This document shows positions 25,550 through 38,700 of a stretch of 64,000 bases of DNA, one piece after another. The notes beneath the pieces were generated by a model that saw nothing but the letters and a program-made list of their open reading frames with translations, was not told where the DNA came from and did no database searches. The position numbers and the translations under genes are program-made. The DNA comes from Laetmonice hystrix. Taxonomy: Eukaryota. The DNA is taken from contig OZ249438.1 in the NCBI GenBank assembly GCA_965235115.1, positions 24,924,001 to 24,988,000 of the forward strand, given 5' to 3'. Every line of letters begins with the position of its first letter. Within the stretch, counting starts at the first letter, position 1.

Positions 25550-28100
25550 ATACACAGTGAGTGGTGGAGAGGTCTGACCATTGATTGGTCGGTGGAACGT
25601 TAACTACAATCGGCTTTGATGGACTGGGCAAGACCTGCAATCACAGCCCCAGCAGGGGGCGCCACAGATTCCTTATAGATGCGTACAGTTTTAGCAATCT
25701 CCGCGGAGGATGGCATTAGGCATGGACAGGTGAACATTGTAATAGCGTTTGCTTCAAGCTGCTAACTGTATGACGGATTGGATGACAAGGCAACCAGTAA
25801 ACTAAGGCCACAACATCAAGGTGTCTTCAAGTACCAGCCCAAGGCAACCCTCATGATTCTGGGCTCTGGTATCAATACACAATTTCTTGCCCTACATTAT
25901 TATTAAATATTTAGAAGTATTGCCTTGTTGCCCTGCAGTACAGCAGTAAACCATATTAGTAATATGAGAACCAATTATAGACATGTCGAAGGTGTGAGGG
26001 AGGACATGGACAAAGATTTATCACTTACAAAACAAGCTTTTCACACATCAGGTAGACCCAGGTAGACAGACTGCTATTATACTCGGCCTGCTCTCACTCA
26101 GAGTTGAGTAATTACGATTGTGAAGATTTGTCCTTGAAGGATCGGTCCAAAGTCAATAAGTCGGAGGCAAGGGGGATTCAGAGTCACAAAACAAGGAGGG
26201 GGAAAGAGAAATGGACTTAATCAGTGGCAAAAAGTCGTGTGGTATAGGGACAGAATCAGTACCGTGGTATATTGTCTGAAGACTTGGGAAAGTATGACTT
26301 AAGTATCAAGAAGAGACTGAATATAAAGGTAACAACTTAAAGGTGCTATTCGTCTCGCACAGAATGGCATTTCTCCTATCATACATTGTGCACATAGTAC
26401 TAGAAAAAATTCCTACCGATACCATTGGCCTGATAAACCTTCTATTAGTTTGTGTGCAGCATTTGAAACCTATCTCGGTGCGCACCGAGATAGAGCCATT
26501 TCCTATGGTGGGGCGTGTCAGGGTCTCCACAGGCCTTCTGAGAGAGCCCCATTTGTGCCGTTATCCATGAAAAATTTTGATTTCCTTTGGTGTGAATCTA
26601 TTTCCATGATAGGTGGGATCACATAAACGTCAACAAAATAAAAAATAAAAAAATTGAACTTTTTTTCACGAATAGCACCTTTAAAGGCAGGTCGAGGCAT
26701 AAACAGTAAGGCAACCCACAAATCAGAGTCAAGGTAGGGGGACAAGCAGGAGCACGCACGCTGTGTCGGTTTCAAATAGAGCTTTGTAAATTCACTAATT
26801 GGGACGTCATTAACATTTGTAGCCAGTAATCAGGTATCTAGCATTGCGCTGTGTGGTCGGTACTTATTGTCACAGTTCACGTATCAGAGCCGGAGGTTTT
26901 CACCTGCCAGTAATGACGCACCAATGATAAGATGGATGGTCTCTTGATCCTGGCCAGGGAGACCACACATATCTGATGCCATGTGTACATCCCGAGAAGT
27001 ATGTTAAACCGAGGAGCAATCAACCTAAATAGTGAATGTGTCATGTAAAGTACACTTTTAAAAGTTGAAAGTGGATAAGTTAGGAGAAATGAACGAATTG
27101 CAACATGCTGTAAAAATTCTGCTTCCTGCTTAGTTGAGGACGGTCGGGGAGAGGGGGTTAGTGAAAACAGGTGTAGTGACCCATAATGTCGAAACCATAA
27201 CGGTAAGAGCACTTTTGTCACCTCTATAGTTCGTAGGAACACTTCAGTAAAAAACAACTTCTTCCAGGATATGACACAGAGTCCATTAAGACTTCCTATG
27301 AAATACCACTGGATTTATATTGTGGTCGAGGTCTTCTTTGTATAGATATTTGTGACCCGGGACGTCATAATGGTCGTGGGCAGAACAAGAACATCCTTGG
27401 TGAGACCCCACCGTGAGGGATAAGGTTTCAGTCATGTTCAGACACACAAGATTCCTCTTTAGAATCTGATAGGTGTGGCAGCTTAATGAGGTTACTGGTA
27501 TAATTATCCTGTTTACCTGGTAATATGTTGACGTCATTCTCTCACAATGTTTACCTACGTCATTAATACTTGAGTCATATACAACAATCTAGGCACTGCC
27601 GCTGTAGTATATTCTTACCTTCAGAAAGTTCTGTTCATTTAACAAGTAGGAGTACATGTTTTGGGCAGATTTCAGGACAGGTGTTGTCCAACATAACGAT
27701 ATTTTCCATGAGTTTAGGTTGAGTTTATAAGTTCTCTCACAACGTCATCTCTCAATCGGTTGGATCCCGCAGTTGGTGTTCCGTGATTTGTGGCATGGTG
27801 CCACCACACCGATTCTCCGTCTGTTCCAGGGGGTCCCCTGGTCTGGCAACATATCTACTTCTGTCGTGCTATTAAAATCCGGAGTTCTTTGTATATTTTT
27901 AATAACTCTCCATCCTCTTGGCCCAGTTCCGACATTCACATCTCTATCAGAGTCCATCAGCCAATGGAATTCAGGGAAGAATTGGCTGTTGAAATAGATG
28001 TCAACAAGACACATGTCAAAAGTCGTGGGAAGGGAATATGTGTCAAAGAAAGTTTATACCTTTCTGACTTTATAAATAAAACTAAAAATAACCTAGAATT
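25550..28100 (-). mobile_element. Decayed LINE ORF2 remnant (endonuclease-like to RT C-terminus), inside the U12 intron
   Basis: Minus-strand fragments DRDVNVGTGPRG..IKNI (~27900, endonuclease GGGV-like), LLKCSYEL (~27230), YLDSD..ALLF..PAF (~26690-26740), LSPSLF (~26200) and LLKLYASIRNLWRPLL (~25660). Boundaries approximate. Confidence 0.5.
26341..26680. mobile_element. 340-bp TTAA-flanked MITE (Kolobok-like termini) nested in the LINE remnant
   Basis: Perfect 13-bp TIR AGGTGCTATTCGT / ACGAATAGCACCT, with TTAA at both 26337-26340 and 26681-26684. Confidence 0.8.
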
Positions 28101-28399
28101 GGGGATGGTCTGTAGCCTTAGCAAAGATCGTCTAGTAAAACCAGTCTGACAGCATGATCATATTTGTAGCCTCTGACTTTTTGAAGTTGATAACTTGTCA
28201 GGGATCAGGATAAGTACCGGTAAGGCCTTTACTAGCACATGATGCCATTTTGGGGATTCTCAAAATATGAGGGATAGTTCCTCATTGGTTATTTTAACTT
28301 AACCACATGAATAGAATCCCCTTTCTGCTGGAAGCACAGACAAAACGTGCAGCCCAATAGAACAAGAGGCCAGGGTCTTTTTACAGTTCCACAATAGAG

Positions 28400-30000
28400 A
28401 CAGCGTGGCCAGCGACCCAAATTCCTGCTTTGTGTAGTAATAGCTGTCTTTGAGTACTGAGGGAAGTACGAATGGGCCTGTTGAGGGGGACCATTGTAAA
28501 GAGAGTGGCCTGTAGGTGTCGCCAATGTCGGGAAACTCCCGCGGGGGACATACAGACGTAATAGGGCCTGGCCAGAACACATTAGAGGTCTGTTCATTCC
28601 ACTTATATCCCACATGAACGTCTGTCTCTGCATGTCTCCTAAAGTTTGGCCCTCACTCTCCCACCTGTCACCGTGCCAGGGAAGGACTCTGAGATGGCTT
28701 GGAAAACTGGCAACGGATTGTATGACGGTTGTCTCATCACATATCGTAAGGAAAAGAAGGCTTTAATAAAATGATTAGTGACAGTTACATTAAACATACA
28801 TGCAGTCAAATAAAAAAGATTCACTTACATACTGTAGTAACACGTGATGCTTCCAGGGACAGAGAAATTTGTCTGTATTTTGTTTGTATACTTTGCAGGC
28901 GGTAAGCTTGGTATATCATCAGGGCAATAGTAGATATTTTGTTAACAAAGACTTGACCATTCCTGAAAACCACCTGACCCCTTCCGTCAAGTGTATCCAA
29001 ACATAGGCAGACATCTCGTTGTTTGCCTTTTACCCTGACCACACGCTTGTTTCAGGACTATTTTTTTCTACAGGAATATGACCGGGTCACAAGTAGGGAC
29101 ACTCATTGATGACAAAAACTACTCTACCAACATCAGTACTCCGGATTCGCATGGGGGCAAGGGTCATGGACATCCACAAAAAGTGTCGAACTGTAGCGCT
29201 GTCGTTACCAGACCTCGAATTTCGCTAAGAGAGGGAAAGGTATGGAAATTTGGGGCTGTGCTCATCCATACCTGGCAACATAAAGCAATCTCACCTCACC
29301 CCTCTAAAGTCGCTTTCGATCTATAGAACAGATATTGATCTAAGTATAATATGTATGTGATATGCGCTATGTGTGCTCCAGAAGTTTGAGAAGCCCGCAC
29401 TGAATGTTTTTTCCCCTAGGCATGGTCCTGTCTGCCGACCAACAGACGTCAAGATGCCGACATTGTAGCGGTCTTAGGTTTGGCTGGTAACTGACGGTCT
29501 CAGAGTTGACACACTCCGTAGATGGATGCGGCTTGCCTCATACCTACAGCAGGTTTTTTTTTTGCCTGGCCCAGTGTACAAAGTGGTGTCTTGCTGCAGG
29601 TGGCAGAGTCAACAGTGCTGTATGCCAACAAAAGTGATGTTTGGTAATTCTTGCAAGAATAAGGTCAGCCATCTGAGGGAATAATGGAGTAGGCCCTAAA
29701 GGAATGCCGGTCAGGGTTCTGAATTCTCCCAAACCTTGTGACCGGACCACCTCTATAGTTTCACCATTATCGAAGTATTATTGTCAGACAAACCGACGAC
29801 AGTGTTTAATCGGTCTACCGTGGTCATACTGGTCATACTAGAAGGTGTTAGTGCCATTATGACAACATGGCCTAGTATAATGATGAAGCCTGCTGAATCA
29901 GGAGTAAAATCGAAAGTCAAGCAGGGCCACCTGGTGGTTAGTTGGAGAACCACAACCTGGCGGTCAGACACTGATGTCGTATCAAGTGTTTGCCAACGAG
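28400..30000 (-). mobile_element. Decayed RTE-like LINE RT / C-terminal remnant
   Basis: Minus-strand fragments TPDSAGF (Q.GFR-like), GEFRTLTGIPLG..LF...DLIL (GV.QG-like) and WDISGMN...QAL..YVPRG (RTE C-terminal RW.GH..RM motif-like). Confidence 0.45.
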
Positions 30001-30968
30001 CATCAAGTTTTTACAAATAAACCCTCTGACTTTAGCCTTCAAACGGCAGAGCAAGAAAAGACAACCCCACAGTGTAGTATTTCTCATATAAATCAGCTGA
30101 TCGTGAAGGGACCAAGATTTTTATTGTCGGCACGAGACACAGGGAAGGTAGAGGGCCGTGTTTTCTCAGGTTGAAGTCCGCCTTATTTGTAACGGGAGTT
30201 TCTCCGGTTGTCAGGTGCCACCACAATATCCAACGATTCTACCTTAAATAAATTGCATAGCGCGTTTTTGTGAGAGACGCACACAAAAGGTGTCATGGAC
30301 GGTACCACAAATCACCGGAGTTTGTGTGTGTTTGATCAGACCTTGGGAACGCAATAACCTCAGACGGTGCGACGTGTTGTGTGAAAGACTGAGATCTATA
30401 TGTATCGTGTATCGTCGGATTCCTCGGTCCCTTTTGAACAGACAACGTCACATGCCTCCGTGGTCAGGCGTCCTACAGGCCTGTCGACAAATTACAACAC
30501 AACGGCGGAGAAGGCAACTCATTGGTGGGAGGTTTAAATATGGCCTTAGGCCAATTATAGTCTCATGTAACAGCACCGTTATTGGCTTAGATTTCGTATC
30601 GCTTGAAAGTCATTTGAAAAAATGGAATTATTGTAGGCCTATGACACTAAAGTGTATCCACAGAACTATAGTTTGGTGTATTCTGTGTCACGTACACGTA
30701 CGCGTACAGAATGGTTTTCAACAGTAAAAACTGCCAGATGTTGGGGTTACTGACAGCTATAAATACTATAGAAGAAAGTTCTCTCTAATTTGCAAGCCAG
30801 TGAAAAGACCTGAGAGATGTTTGGTTTGTATTAGGTATTGATTTTTCATCTGATATATCAGTCTGCCGGTATATTGTGTGACATGTGGATGTGTTATGTA
30901 TCTCGCATACAGCGTGCTGTTTGTTTGACATCGAAACCTATACACTAGTGTTCCTTAACCCTTGCCAC

Positions 30969-31222
30969 ATCCCATGGTCTACCGCATGGAGCGCATTGAG
31001 GAGGTTCCCCACCTAGAACACTTGGAACAACAACATCAACATCACCATCAACAACATCACCATCATCAGCATCAACAACAAACGGAGGTAAAGGTCAGTT
31101 CACCGGAGGACGTGTCAAGGTCATCACCCGGAGCGCCACCGACAGAGCTGCCGTACTGGGCCGTGCGGGAACCTGCCCCACCTCCCCATGATCATCCAAG
31201 GATGGGGCTCGCCGAGTGTGAG
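30969..31222 (+). CDS. CEP170: CEP170-family exon after the U12 intron; His/Gln-rich and Pro-rich (phase 1-0)
   Basis: Open frame (D)PMVYRMERIEEVPHLEHLEQQHQHHHQQHHHHQHQQQTEVK...RMGLAECE, with donor GAG|gtaagg at 31223. It is part of ORF 30962..31240. Confidence 0.8.
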
Positions 31223-31923
31223 GTAAGGCTTTCACTTTGATGTAAAAAAAAAGTTAGTTTTATAAATGCTATTAACATTCAGTAAGAGCTGGTCTCACTA
31301 GAGGACATTAGCAGGGGGTGTTGACTTGCAACTTGAGCCTGAAGTCCCGCCTGCTGAGATGTCCCCGAACAAGGCGGGTTGCTTGTACAGATATGCTGGC
31401 AGCAATTTCTACTAATGGGCACGGCGAGCAGGGCTTTCAGTGTCACATTACAGCATTTGATGAAAACTGTAAGATAGATTGAAAAGTCGATCATCGTAAA
31501 ATCGCAACAAGTACCTGGACATGACATCATGAAAGTGAAACGAAAACTAAATATAAATGGTTCAGCTTCTCCGAATATTATGAGACAGGACAGGATTTAT
31601 TGCAAGGCACCAAAAGTACGTTTGACACCTGTCTGTTACAGCAAAACACAACAAAAAACGAATGCCCCCCAAAGTGTCATTGTATAGATTTTTACCCCGT
31701 TTTCTTTACGTTTATTTTGCCCCAAATCCACCGAGGGCAACGGACCCCTTAGACAGGAACAAGAACAGAAATGTTGAAATTGCTCGGGGTCAACCCCGAT
31801 GAATGGAATGGTTTGTGAGTACACAAAATGTACCATATTTGACACAGACATTTACCTGGACTCACCTGCCTGTGTTGTATTTTCACGCACGAGTGACTGT
31901 TCACACGTGTCCGATTTCTGCAG

Positions 31924-32029
31924 GCGATGGAGACAATCAATCAAACACCACGACAATGTGGGGAGCACTGCACCATCGCACCCGCTGCACCATCAAACTG
32001 GAGCAGCGCAGCACCGTCACAGCAGGGCG
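31924..32029 (+). CDS. Possible additional CEP170 exon (uncertain)
   Basis: Acceptor tttctgcag at 31923 and phase-0 frame AMETINQTPRQCGEHCTIAPAAPSNWSSAAPSQQG. The only nearby donor is weak (G|gttaac), it would end in phase 1, and a stop follows at 32032. Confidence 0.2.
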
Positions 32030-33051
32030 GTTAACTGCCGTTATCGGCAATGTTTCATATTATATCAGCCACAACTTACCACGTTCGTAGATTGTGGTAC
32101 GGATTTGTGTTACAAAATAGAAAGTTACCACTTTGCGGTATTATAACAGATTTTCATTGATTTCGTCTGACATCTTGGAATCAAATGTTTATAACATGGA
32201 AGTCACCTGGAATGATATGGCCTATTATATGCAATACTTCAGCATCATTTAACATGCTCGGATGTTTATGATTATGATATTCGAAAGGCAGACAAAAACG
32301 AACGGAAATATTGATTCAGTGATGGGCGGTGATTATAGATAGTACAACACATATTCCCTAGTTGAAAAAAACCTTATCTGTTCAGAACTGGCTCAAGGCC
32401 TTGTTATAAGGCTCCCTATAGTCACAATCTTAAAGGATAATTTTCACATGGGACCGACGTCGTCATGACAACCAATGATGCCGAGTAGCAGGGTAATCCG
32501 TGAATGGAGCAGGTCGTTTTGTGAGTGGTTTGGTAGATTGGTCTGCTTCTTGTGGTGGGGGTGGTGGGGGACGTGGACACGGGCTCGGGGCGGTCGGGGA
32601 GGGGGTGAAGGGTGCGGTAATAATAAAGTGCCGCCCTTGGCACGGTACACTGGCGCACTGTAGCAGTAGATGAGGGCCCAGTCAGTGAGAGAGGGAGGCA
32701 GCGTCTACTGGCAGAGTCTGGATGGCTGGTTCTGTGGCTGGGTAGGAGGAGGAGGAAGAGGAGGCAGAAATCAACATCTTTCGGAATTGCCGTGAGGCAC
32801 GCCATGTAAATGTTGGCTTTCGTCAAGGAGAGCCACATCAAGTGTAGGTTCGACTCTTGACACAGCTGTGGCAGTGGTCGGATATCTCGTCTTAGTTCAG
32901 AACTGTCTCATCACTCTGGCCGGCTACAAGTTACGGATCATTGTACCAATACAAGCCGGTACGGCCATACGGACAGAAATCACCACAAGCACTAACTGCT
33001 GGTTGTGTGTTTTACCTTGAGTATGGTGTTGAGGAGTGAGTGATCAGTGCA

Positions 33052-33407
33052 GACACACTGACAGGTACCAATAACCACCGCTGGACACACTGACAGGTAC
33101 CAATAACCACCGCTGGACACACTGACAGGTCCCAATAACCACCGCTGGACACACTGACAGGTACCAATAACCACCGCTGGACACACTGACAGGTACCAAT
33201 AACCACTGCTGGACACACTGACAGGTACCAATAACCACCGCTGGACACACTGACAGGTACCAATAACCACCGCTGGACACACTGACAGGTACCAATAACC
33301 ACCGCTGGACACACTGACAGGTACCAATAACCACCGCTGGACACACTGACAGGTACCAATAACCACCGCTTGACACACTGACAGGTACCAATAACCACTG
33401 CTGGACA
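33052..33407. repeat. Minisatellite, 32 bp x 11
   Basis: GACACACTGACAGGTACCAATAACCACCGCTG; accounts for the repetitive ORFs at 32992-33454. Confidence 0.95.
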
Positions 33408-34706
33408 TCTCCACGTGATTTCAGCTGGAGTGAGGTGAGTTCAACCGTGAACATTGGCTGACTCGTTTAACATCTCTCCGTCTTGTTGGTGTCCTTCAGT
33501 TAGCAAATCAGGTACATGCAGTTCTTTAAATGCAGTAGTCTCTGAATGTATTGGTGCTTGTAAGTGGTCTTTAAATTCGTAGAAAACACTAAATGTTTTA
33601 GTGCTAAGACAATCATACAGATGTTACTTTCCTTCCAGTAGATAGAAAAGTTTACTGGTGTGTAGTAAAAAGTGTAGTGAATCCAAGCAGACGCTGAGTA
33701 ATTGTAAAGTTGAGAATGCGTCAGTAATAATCCCAGCGCCATACTATAGATGAGTGATGAGTTAGACAGACTGTATAGCTTAGTAGATTGAGTCATACCC
33801 TATATGAGATTAGTCCGAACCATCACGGCTACACTAAAAAAATGGTACTTTACGGCTTCCTACTGAGTGCGTTTCAATTATATATTACGCCCGGCAAAAA
33901 TCAATGAGAATATGGTATATAAGGATGGACGTTGGCCATTCGTAGTTTGTTCGTGGTAAATGTAGCAGGTAGCATTAGGATTATGGTTTCTTAAAGATTT
34001 AGCGAGAATTGTGAAGGGAAGCTTCCGTCTGGCAGGTAATATTTCAGATAGTTATTCGATCACTGATTGAAGGAGCATGATAATGTGTGAGAGAGAGAGT
34101 ACTATGTGCTTACTGTTGAGGTATAATGTGATGATAGATTGTCCATCCATAAGGTGTGAATTCTGATGCCAATTTATACCCCAGTAATATTGTCCTGAAT
34201 CTACTGTGGTAAGGTGTGAGGGTGGAATGTTTGGACAGTCTGAGATTCTCTGAATGACATGAGACACTTCCATGGATGTCCCCCCCCCCCTCCTTCCCTT
34301 ACCTATCCCCGGTCCTGTTTATACGGGAGTATCAGGGTAACCGCTGACTGATAGAGCCTTGTGCCTATCTGCCGTCAACGACACATATCCTACCAGTAAA
34401 AACAACATCAAGAAAAGAGAACCCGCACCTAAACCAGCAAGGCGTGTTTCATTCAGTGGTATTGTTTGACTTGGTCGTGTTTTTATCGGGATTTTCCTGT
34501 GTGTGGTTGTGTGTCCGTGTGTGGGGTGAGGTTGATACGTTGTTGAGATCTCGACAGGCATACACCTCGTGCCGTGAGAAGTTGCAGACGTCAATAAGTG
34601 TCTCCAGGCAGACACAAGTCGAGGAGGTGAGAGTGCCGACCCGGGGAGGTATGTAAGTAGGTAGTCTGACTGAGTGAGAACATCGGAACCTGTGGCCAGT
34701 GTACAG

Positions 34707-34901
34707 GGCTTTGATAGGTTCACAACATGGACACTCGTTAACCTCATGGGAGCCCCTCCCCCTGATCTCCCGGCCGCCCCGGTCAGCATCCATCTGGTCC
34801 GCCGAGGAGGCAGAGCACGGCATGGGCCGCACACATGCATAGATTGTGTTGAGGACTGGACGGTCGTGGCTCACTCCGGCCGTTCTCAGTTGGATATCAT
34901 G
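34707..34901 (+). CDS. Possible phase 0-0 cassette exon
   Basis: gtgtacag|GGC ... ATG|gttaga. GC-rich 65-codon open frame GFDRFTTW...HTCIDCVEDWTVVAHSGRSQLDIM. Both splice sites are mediocre and I recognise no homology. Confidence 0.2.
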
Positions 34902-35052
34902 GTTAGATTGGATCCCTAACCCACCTCGGTGGTGAAAGATTCCTGAACAGGTCAGTGGATAGTCTTGATGTTAAAACTGGGGAACATGGAATATTGATCA
35001 GGCTGTATAATTGAATCTCTCTGTCATTTCTGGTGATTGGTAACCTCCACAG

Positions 35053-35124
35053 GTGATTCGTAGCTCACCTCACCACCAGGGTCAGAGCGGACTGGTTGGA
35101 CCAGTGAACTCAGTGGATCAGGGC
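35053..35124 (+). CDS. Possible 72-nt phase 0-0 cassette exon whose 3' end lies in the first unit of the 33-bp array
   Basis: cctccacag|GTG ATT CGT ... CAG GGC|gtaagt. Translation VIRSSPHHQGQSGLVGPVNSVDQG. The donor is consensus and the pyrimidine tract is modest. Confidence 0.3.
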
Positions 35125-35755
35125 GTAAGTACCAAAGTGAACTCAGTGGATCAGGGCGTAAGTACCAAAGTGAACTCAGTGGATCAGGGCGTAAGTACCA
35201 AAGTGAACTCAGTGGATCAGGGCGTAAGTACCAAAGTGAACTCAGTGGATCAGGGCGTAAGTACCAAAGTGAACTCAGTGGATCAGAGCGTAAGTACCAA
35301 AGTGAACTCAGTGGACCAGCTAGGGCCTAAGTACCAAAGTGAACTCAGTGGACCAGGGCGTAAGTACCAAAGTGAACTCAGTGGACCAGGGCCTAAGTAC
35401 CAAAGTGAACTCAGTGGACCAGGGCGTAAGTACCAAAGTGAACTCAGTGGACCAGGGCCTAAGTACCAAAGTGAACTCAGTGGACCAGGGCGTAAGTACC
35501 AAAGTGAACTCAGTGGATCAGGGCGTAAGTACCAAAGTGAACTGAGTGGATCAGGGCGTAAGTACCAAAGTGAACTCAGTGGATCAGGGCGTAAGTACCA
35601 ACGTGAACTCAGTGGATCAGGGCGTAAGTACCAAAGTGAACTCAGTGGATCAGGGCGTAAGTACCAAAGTGAACTCAGTGGATCAGGGCGTAAGTACCAA
35701 CGTGAACTCAGTGGATCAGGGCGTAAGTACCAAAGTGAACTCAGTGGATCAGGGC
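35103..35755. repeat. Minisatellite, 33 bp x ~20
   Basis: AGTGAACTCAGTGGA(T/C)CAGGGC(G/C)TAAGTACCAA, with one 4-nt insertion near 35320. Confidence 0.95.
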
Positions 35756-38700
35756 TTGGACTTAAAGTTTACAAGCGCCGTGATTGGGGATAAGGGCCGC
35801 GCAACGAAGCTATGCAGGTCATGAGAAACATGACTACCCGTGTATCCTCGCCTGGCAGCTTCATGTTCCCCCTCCGGTCTAGAAATCCAGAACGTTACCG
35901 GGACAAAGTCTGTGCCTGCCCCTCAGTCTGGAGGAAGCGTCTCCTTATCTCCAGCCATCAAATGTGGAAATGTCGAGAATGGCATCCACTGTAAGCCCCT
36001 GGGCAGTGGAGCACGCGTCTAAGGGTTGTGGAATGGTGGGTAGGGGGTTGGGTTTGGGGGATGAGTTTGGTGTGTGACCGCAACCCTATAACCAGCGAGT
36101 ACAGGAGCCAGCTCCCACAAACCCACAAAACATGAGTGGTTTGTTTGCTTTAGCTAGCAGCCATATCACACATCTGTCACCGTTTTGACGTGAGCCCAAA
36201 CATTTCATCATGAAGTATTGGCGTCCGATTAAATAGCATTAAAAATTGCCCTAAACATATACATTTATGATAATAACGGTAGTTTTCGTAATAATTGGCA
36301 ATTACTTGAATTCATGCTCAGTCGCTTTACTATGTCTATGCTAACTTGTTTAAAACGTTCACAACCAATTAACATGATACGTTTTTAGCGGGCACAGAAT
36401 GTTCGGCAGCGACATGTTATACTGGAATTGATATCCGTGTTTTCTGCATCGAATTTCTCCCACGGGAATTTTAGCAATTATTCAGAGGGGAAATGTGGTG
36501 AATTGCTGAGGCCGAGGTGTGATCTGTTACCATGGTAATTAGGACGTGTGTGTTTGAGGGTGGGGATTCTGGTACACAAGTCCGACTTAAGGGGTGGGGG
36601 CCTGGGAACAATGGTACCACTCAGGAGGGTTGACCGGTGAGGGTTTACTCTCTCAGCCCGGGAAAAGTTTCCTCAACTTCCCCTCTAACTGTCAAAAAGG
36701 TTGCCAGGAATCGTTATAAGTAGGTCAGACAGGCGTCCCAGAATTGATATTTTGGGGTGGCCTATTTTCTAGGTCTACCAGTAAGCCACCATTATCATTA
36801 CTTGACCTAGAACTTGCCCAGATCATGACATCTGATAGCATAATTCACCAGCACCACCATAGCGAATTGCTCTTGATGATAAAGGTGCACAAATAGCCCC
36901 TGTTATACCTAGGATAAAAAAAAGCTAAATTGTTGTAATTAAGTGTTAAATAAATATGTCAGAGTCGTCGATAATTATGAAGTCAAGGACCTGTTGGTGT
37001 CCCCACTTCCATAGGGGAGAATTGTGTGGGCAGAGGTTGTTGAAGGGGAGGTCTACAACTCAAAGCCGAGGTGTAGTTCCCCTGATGGACCTTAAACAGG
37101 TCCCTCTGTTATTACTTACACATGCCCTACCACCGGAGCCGCAGGATGTACTGGTGTTTGCCTACTCCGCCAGGTGTCTCTGATCAGTCAGGTGCGTTAG
37201 GGGTCAGAGTTCAAGGGTCAGGGCTGGGGGGACTGCAGGTAGTACGGTCCCACTCATAGGTTCCGGAGAGGTCAGCCAGGGCAGCTTGGCCTTCCAGGGA
37301 AGGTCTGACAGCAGTTAGCAACCAAAACAGATCTGCTGAGTGACTGACATCTAAACGTCCCTAAAACTGCTCTGCTAAATAACATTGTACACATGTAGTT
37401 TTAAACCGAAAAAAAACCACGGAAAAAATCGCTACGTTTTTCCTTGATATAACAGATAAGGAAGCTGGAAAGTATTTTATACTTTTGCTGTGATATTGCT
37501 TTGTCAGATGTCGCGTACACGATGGTGCGCTGCCGGATTAATACTCTCGTATTCCATGCCGAGTTTGAAATGACTTACGTCCTCCTTGAAATCTTCCTAT
37601 TTATAGCCAGGTCGAGAGCCAGGTCGAGAAACGGCTGCTAGGCATGTCGCGGTACTCAACTATACGTCCAGATTTTGATAGAGCAAGATCTGGAATTGTC
37701 ATTAAGTGATACCTTTAGAGCCGTATAGTCACGTGAAACTTCACACGACGCCTATTTTCAAATATGAAAACCAGAAAAAAAACTACGGACGTGTGTCGAA
37801 TTTACATGCACTTGACGACTTGAACAGGGGAAGTTAGTGTACTTCACTCATACCAGCTGAACGGATTCTTTGCTTGCATGATAAATGCTTGCGTTAGAAA
37901 ATGATATATTTCTCGTTGAAATCTAAGAAACGACATTGAATCATCATCCCTTAGTCTATTACACAGCGGGCATGTACTGTAAACATGGGATTATTGCCAG
38001 AGATTACTTCTATCTAAGTGGTTTATCCTGGCCCTGCCCCTCGGGACGCGCCGGTTGTGGTGGGAAGGGGGAGGAGCTCCTTGCACCGCAGGGGGTTGAG
38101 AGATAATCCTCTGGGGCGGTGTCTACCACATGTACGCTTACACAGGGGAAATCAGCGTGAGGATGATCCAGAACGCCATGATGATGTTCAGCTGGATTGA
38201 CTCGGTATGGAGGTGTGCTGTGTTGACTGAAAGTTTATCGGTCGGTACCTGCCCAGGGGGTGTCCGTCAGTCAGTTACGGGATCCCAACCCCGACCTCCG
38301 TACCTGACTAACCCATACACCCCACACGTAGACTGACGGGCCCACTCGGCCGCTGTCGGTACAGTACAGAATGGCTGTGTACTTCACCAGTCTGTGTCAG
38401 AGGTTCTGCCTTGTTGGTGGAATTAAATATGACGAGATAAAATCAAGTCGAGGTGACTGGTCAGTCATATAATCTACAGAAAAACTTCCCCAAGTTAAGT
38501 CATAAATTGATCCTCTGCTTAGTTAATGAATTATAAATGTGAATCGAAACGCCCTTAGTTACAGCCCCGAGGGGAGAGACCTTGGAATGTACCGGTAATG
38601 TTTGGTTGCTAAAATTTTTGATGTAGTATACGTATAGAAGGTTTTGGTTCGTGTTTTTCATGGAAAAAGAAATATTCAGAGGACAGACGTTTTTGTGAAA

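Larger units (their letters stand above)
23604..30968 (+). other. U12-type (minor spliceosome) AT-AC intron, 7365 nt
   Basis: 5' end ATATCCTTTT at 23604, branch site TTCCTTAAC at 30951-30959, terminal AC at 30967-30968. Splicing gives G|AT CCC ATG GTC TAC = FGY-D-PMVY in frame. Confidence 0.9.

Noticed and set aside
32992-33454. Cys/Trp-rich repetitive ORFs in three minus frames
   Set aside because: Artefact of the 32-bp minisatellite; the same peptide cycles through all three frames.
35125-35793. Full 246-aa ORF 35053..35793 as one exon
   Set aside because: Beyond the first 24 codons it is array translation and changes peptide unit at a 4-nt insertion. Only the donor-bounded 5' part is kept as a candidate.
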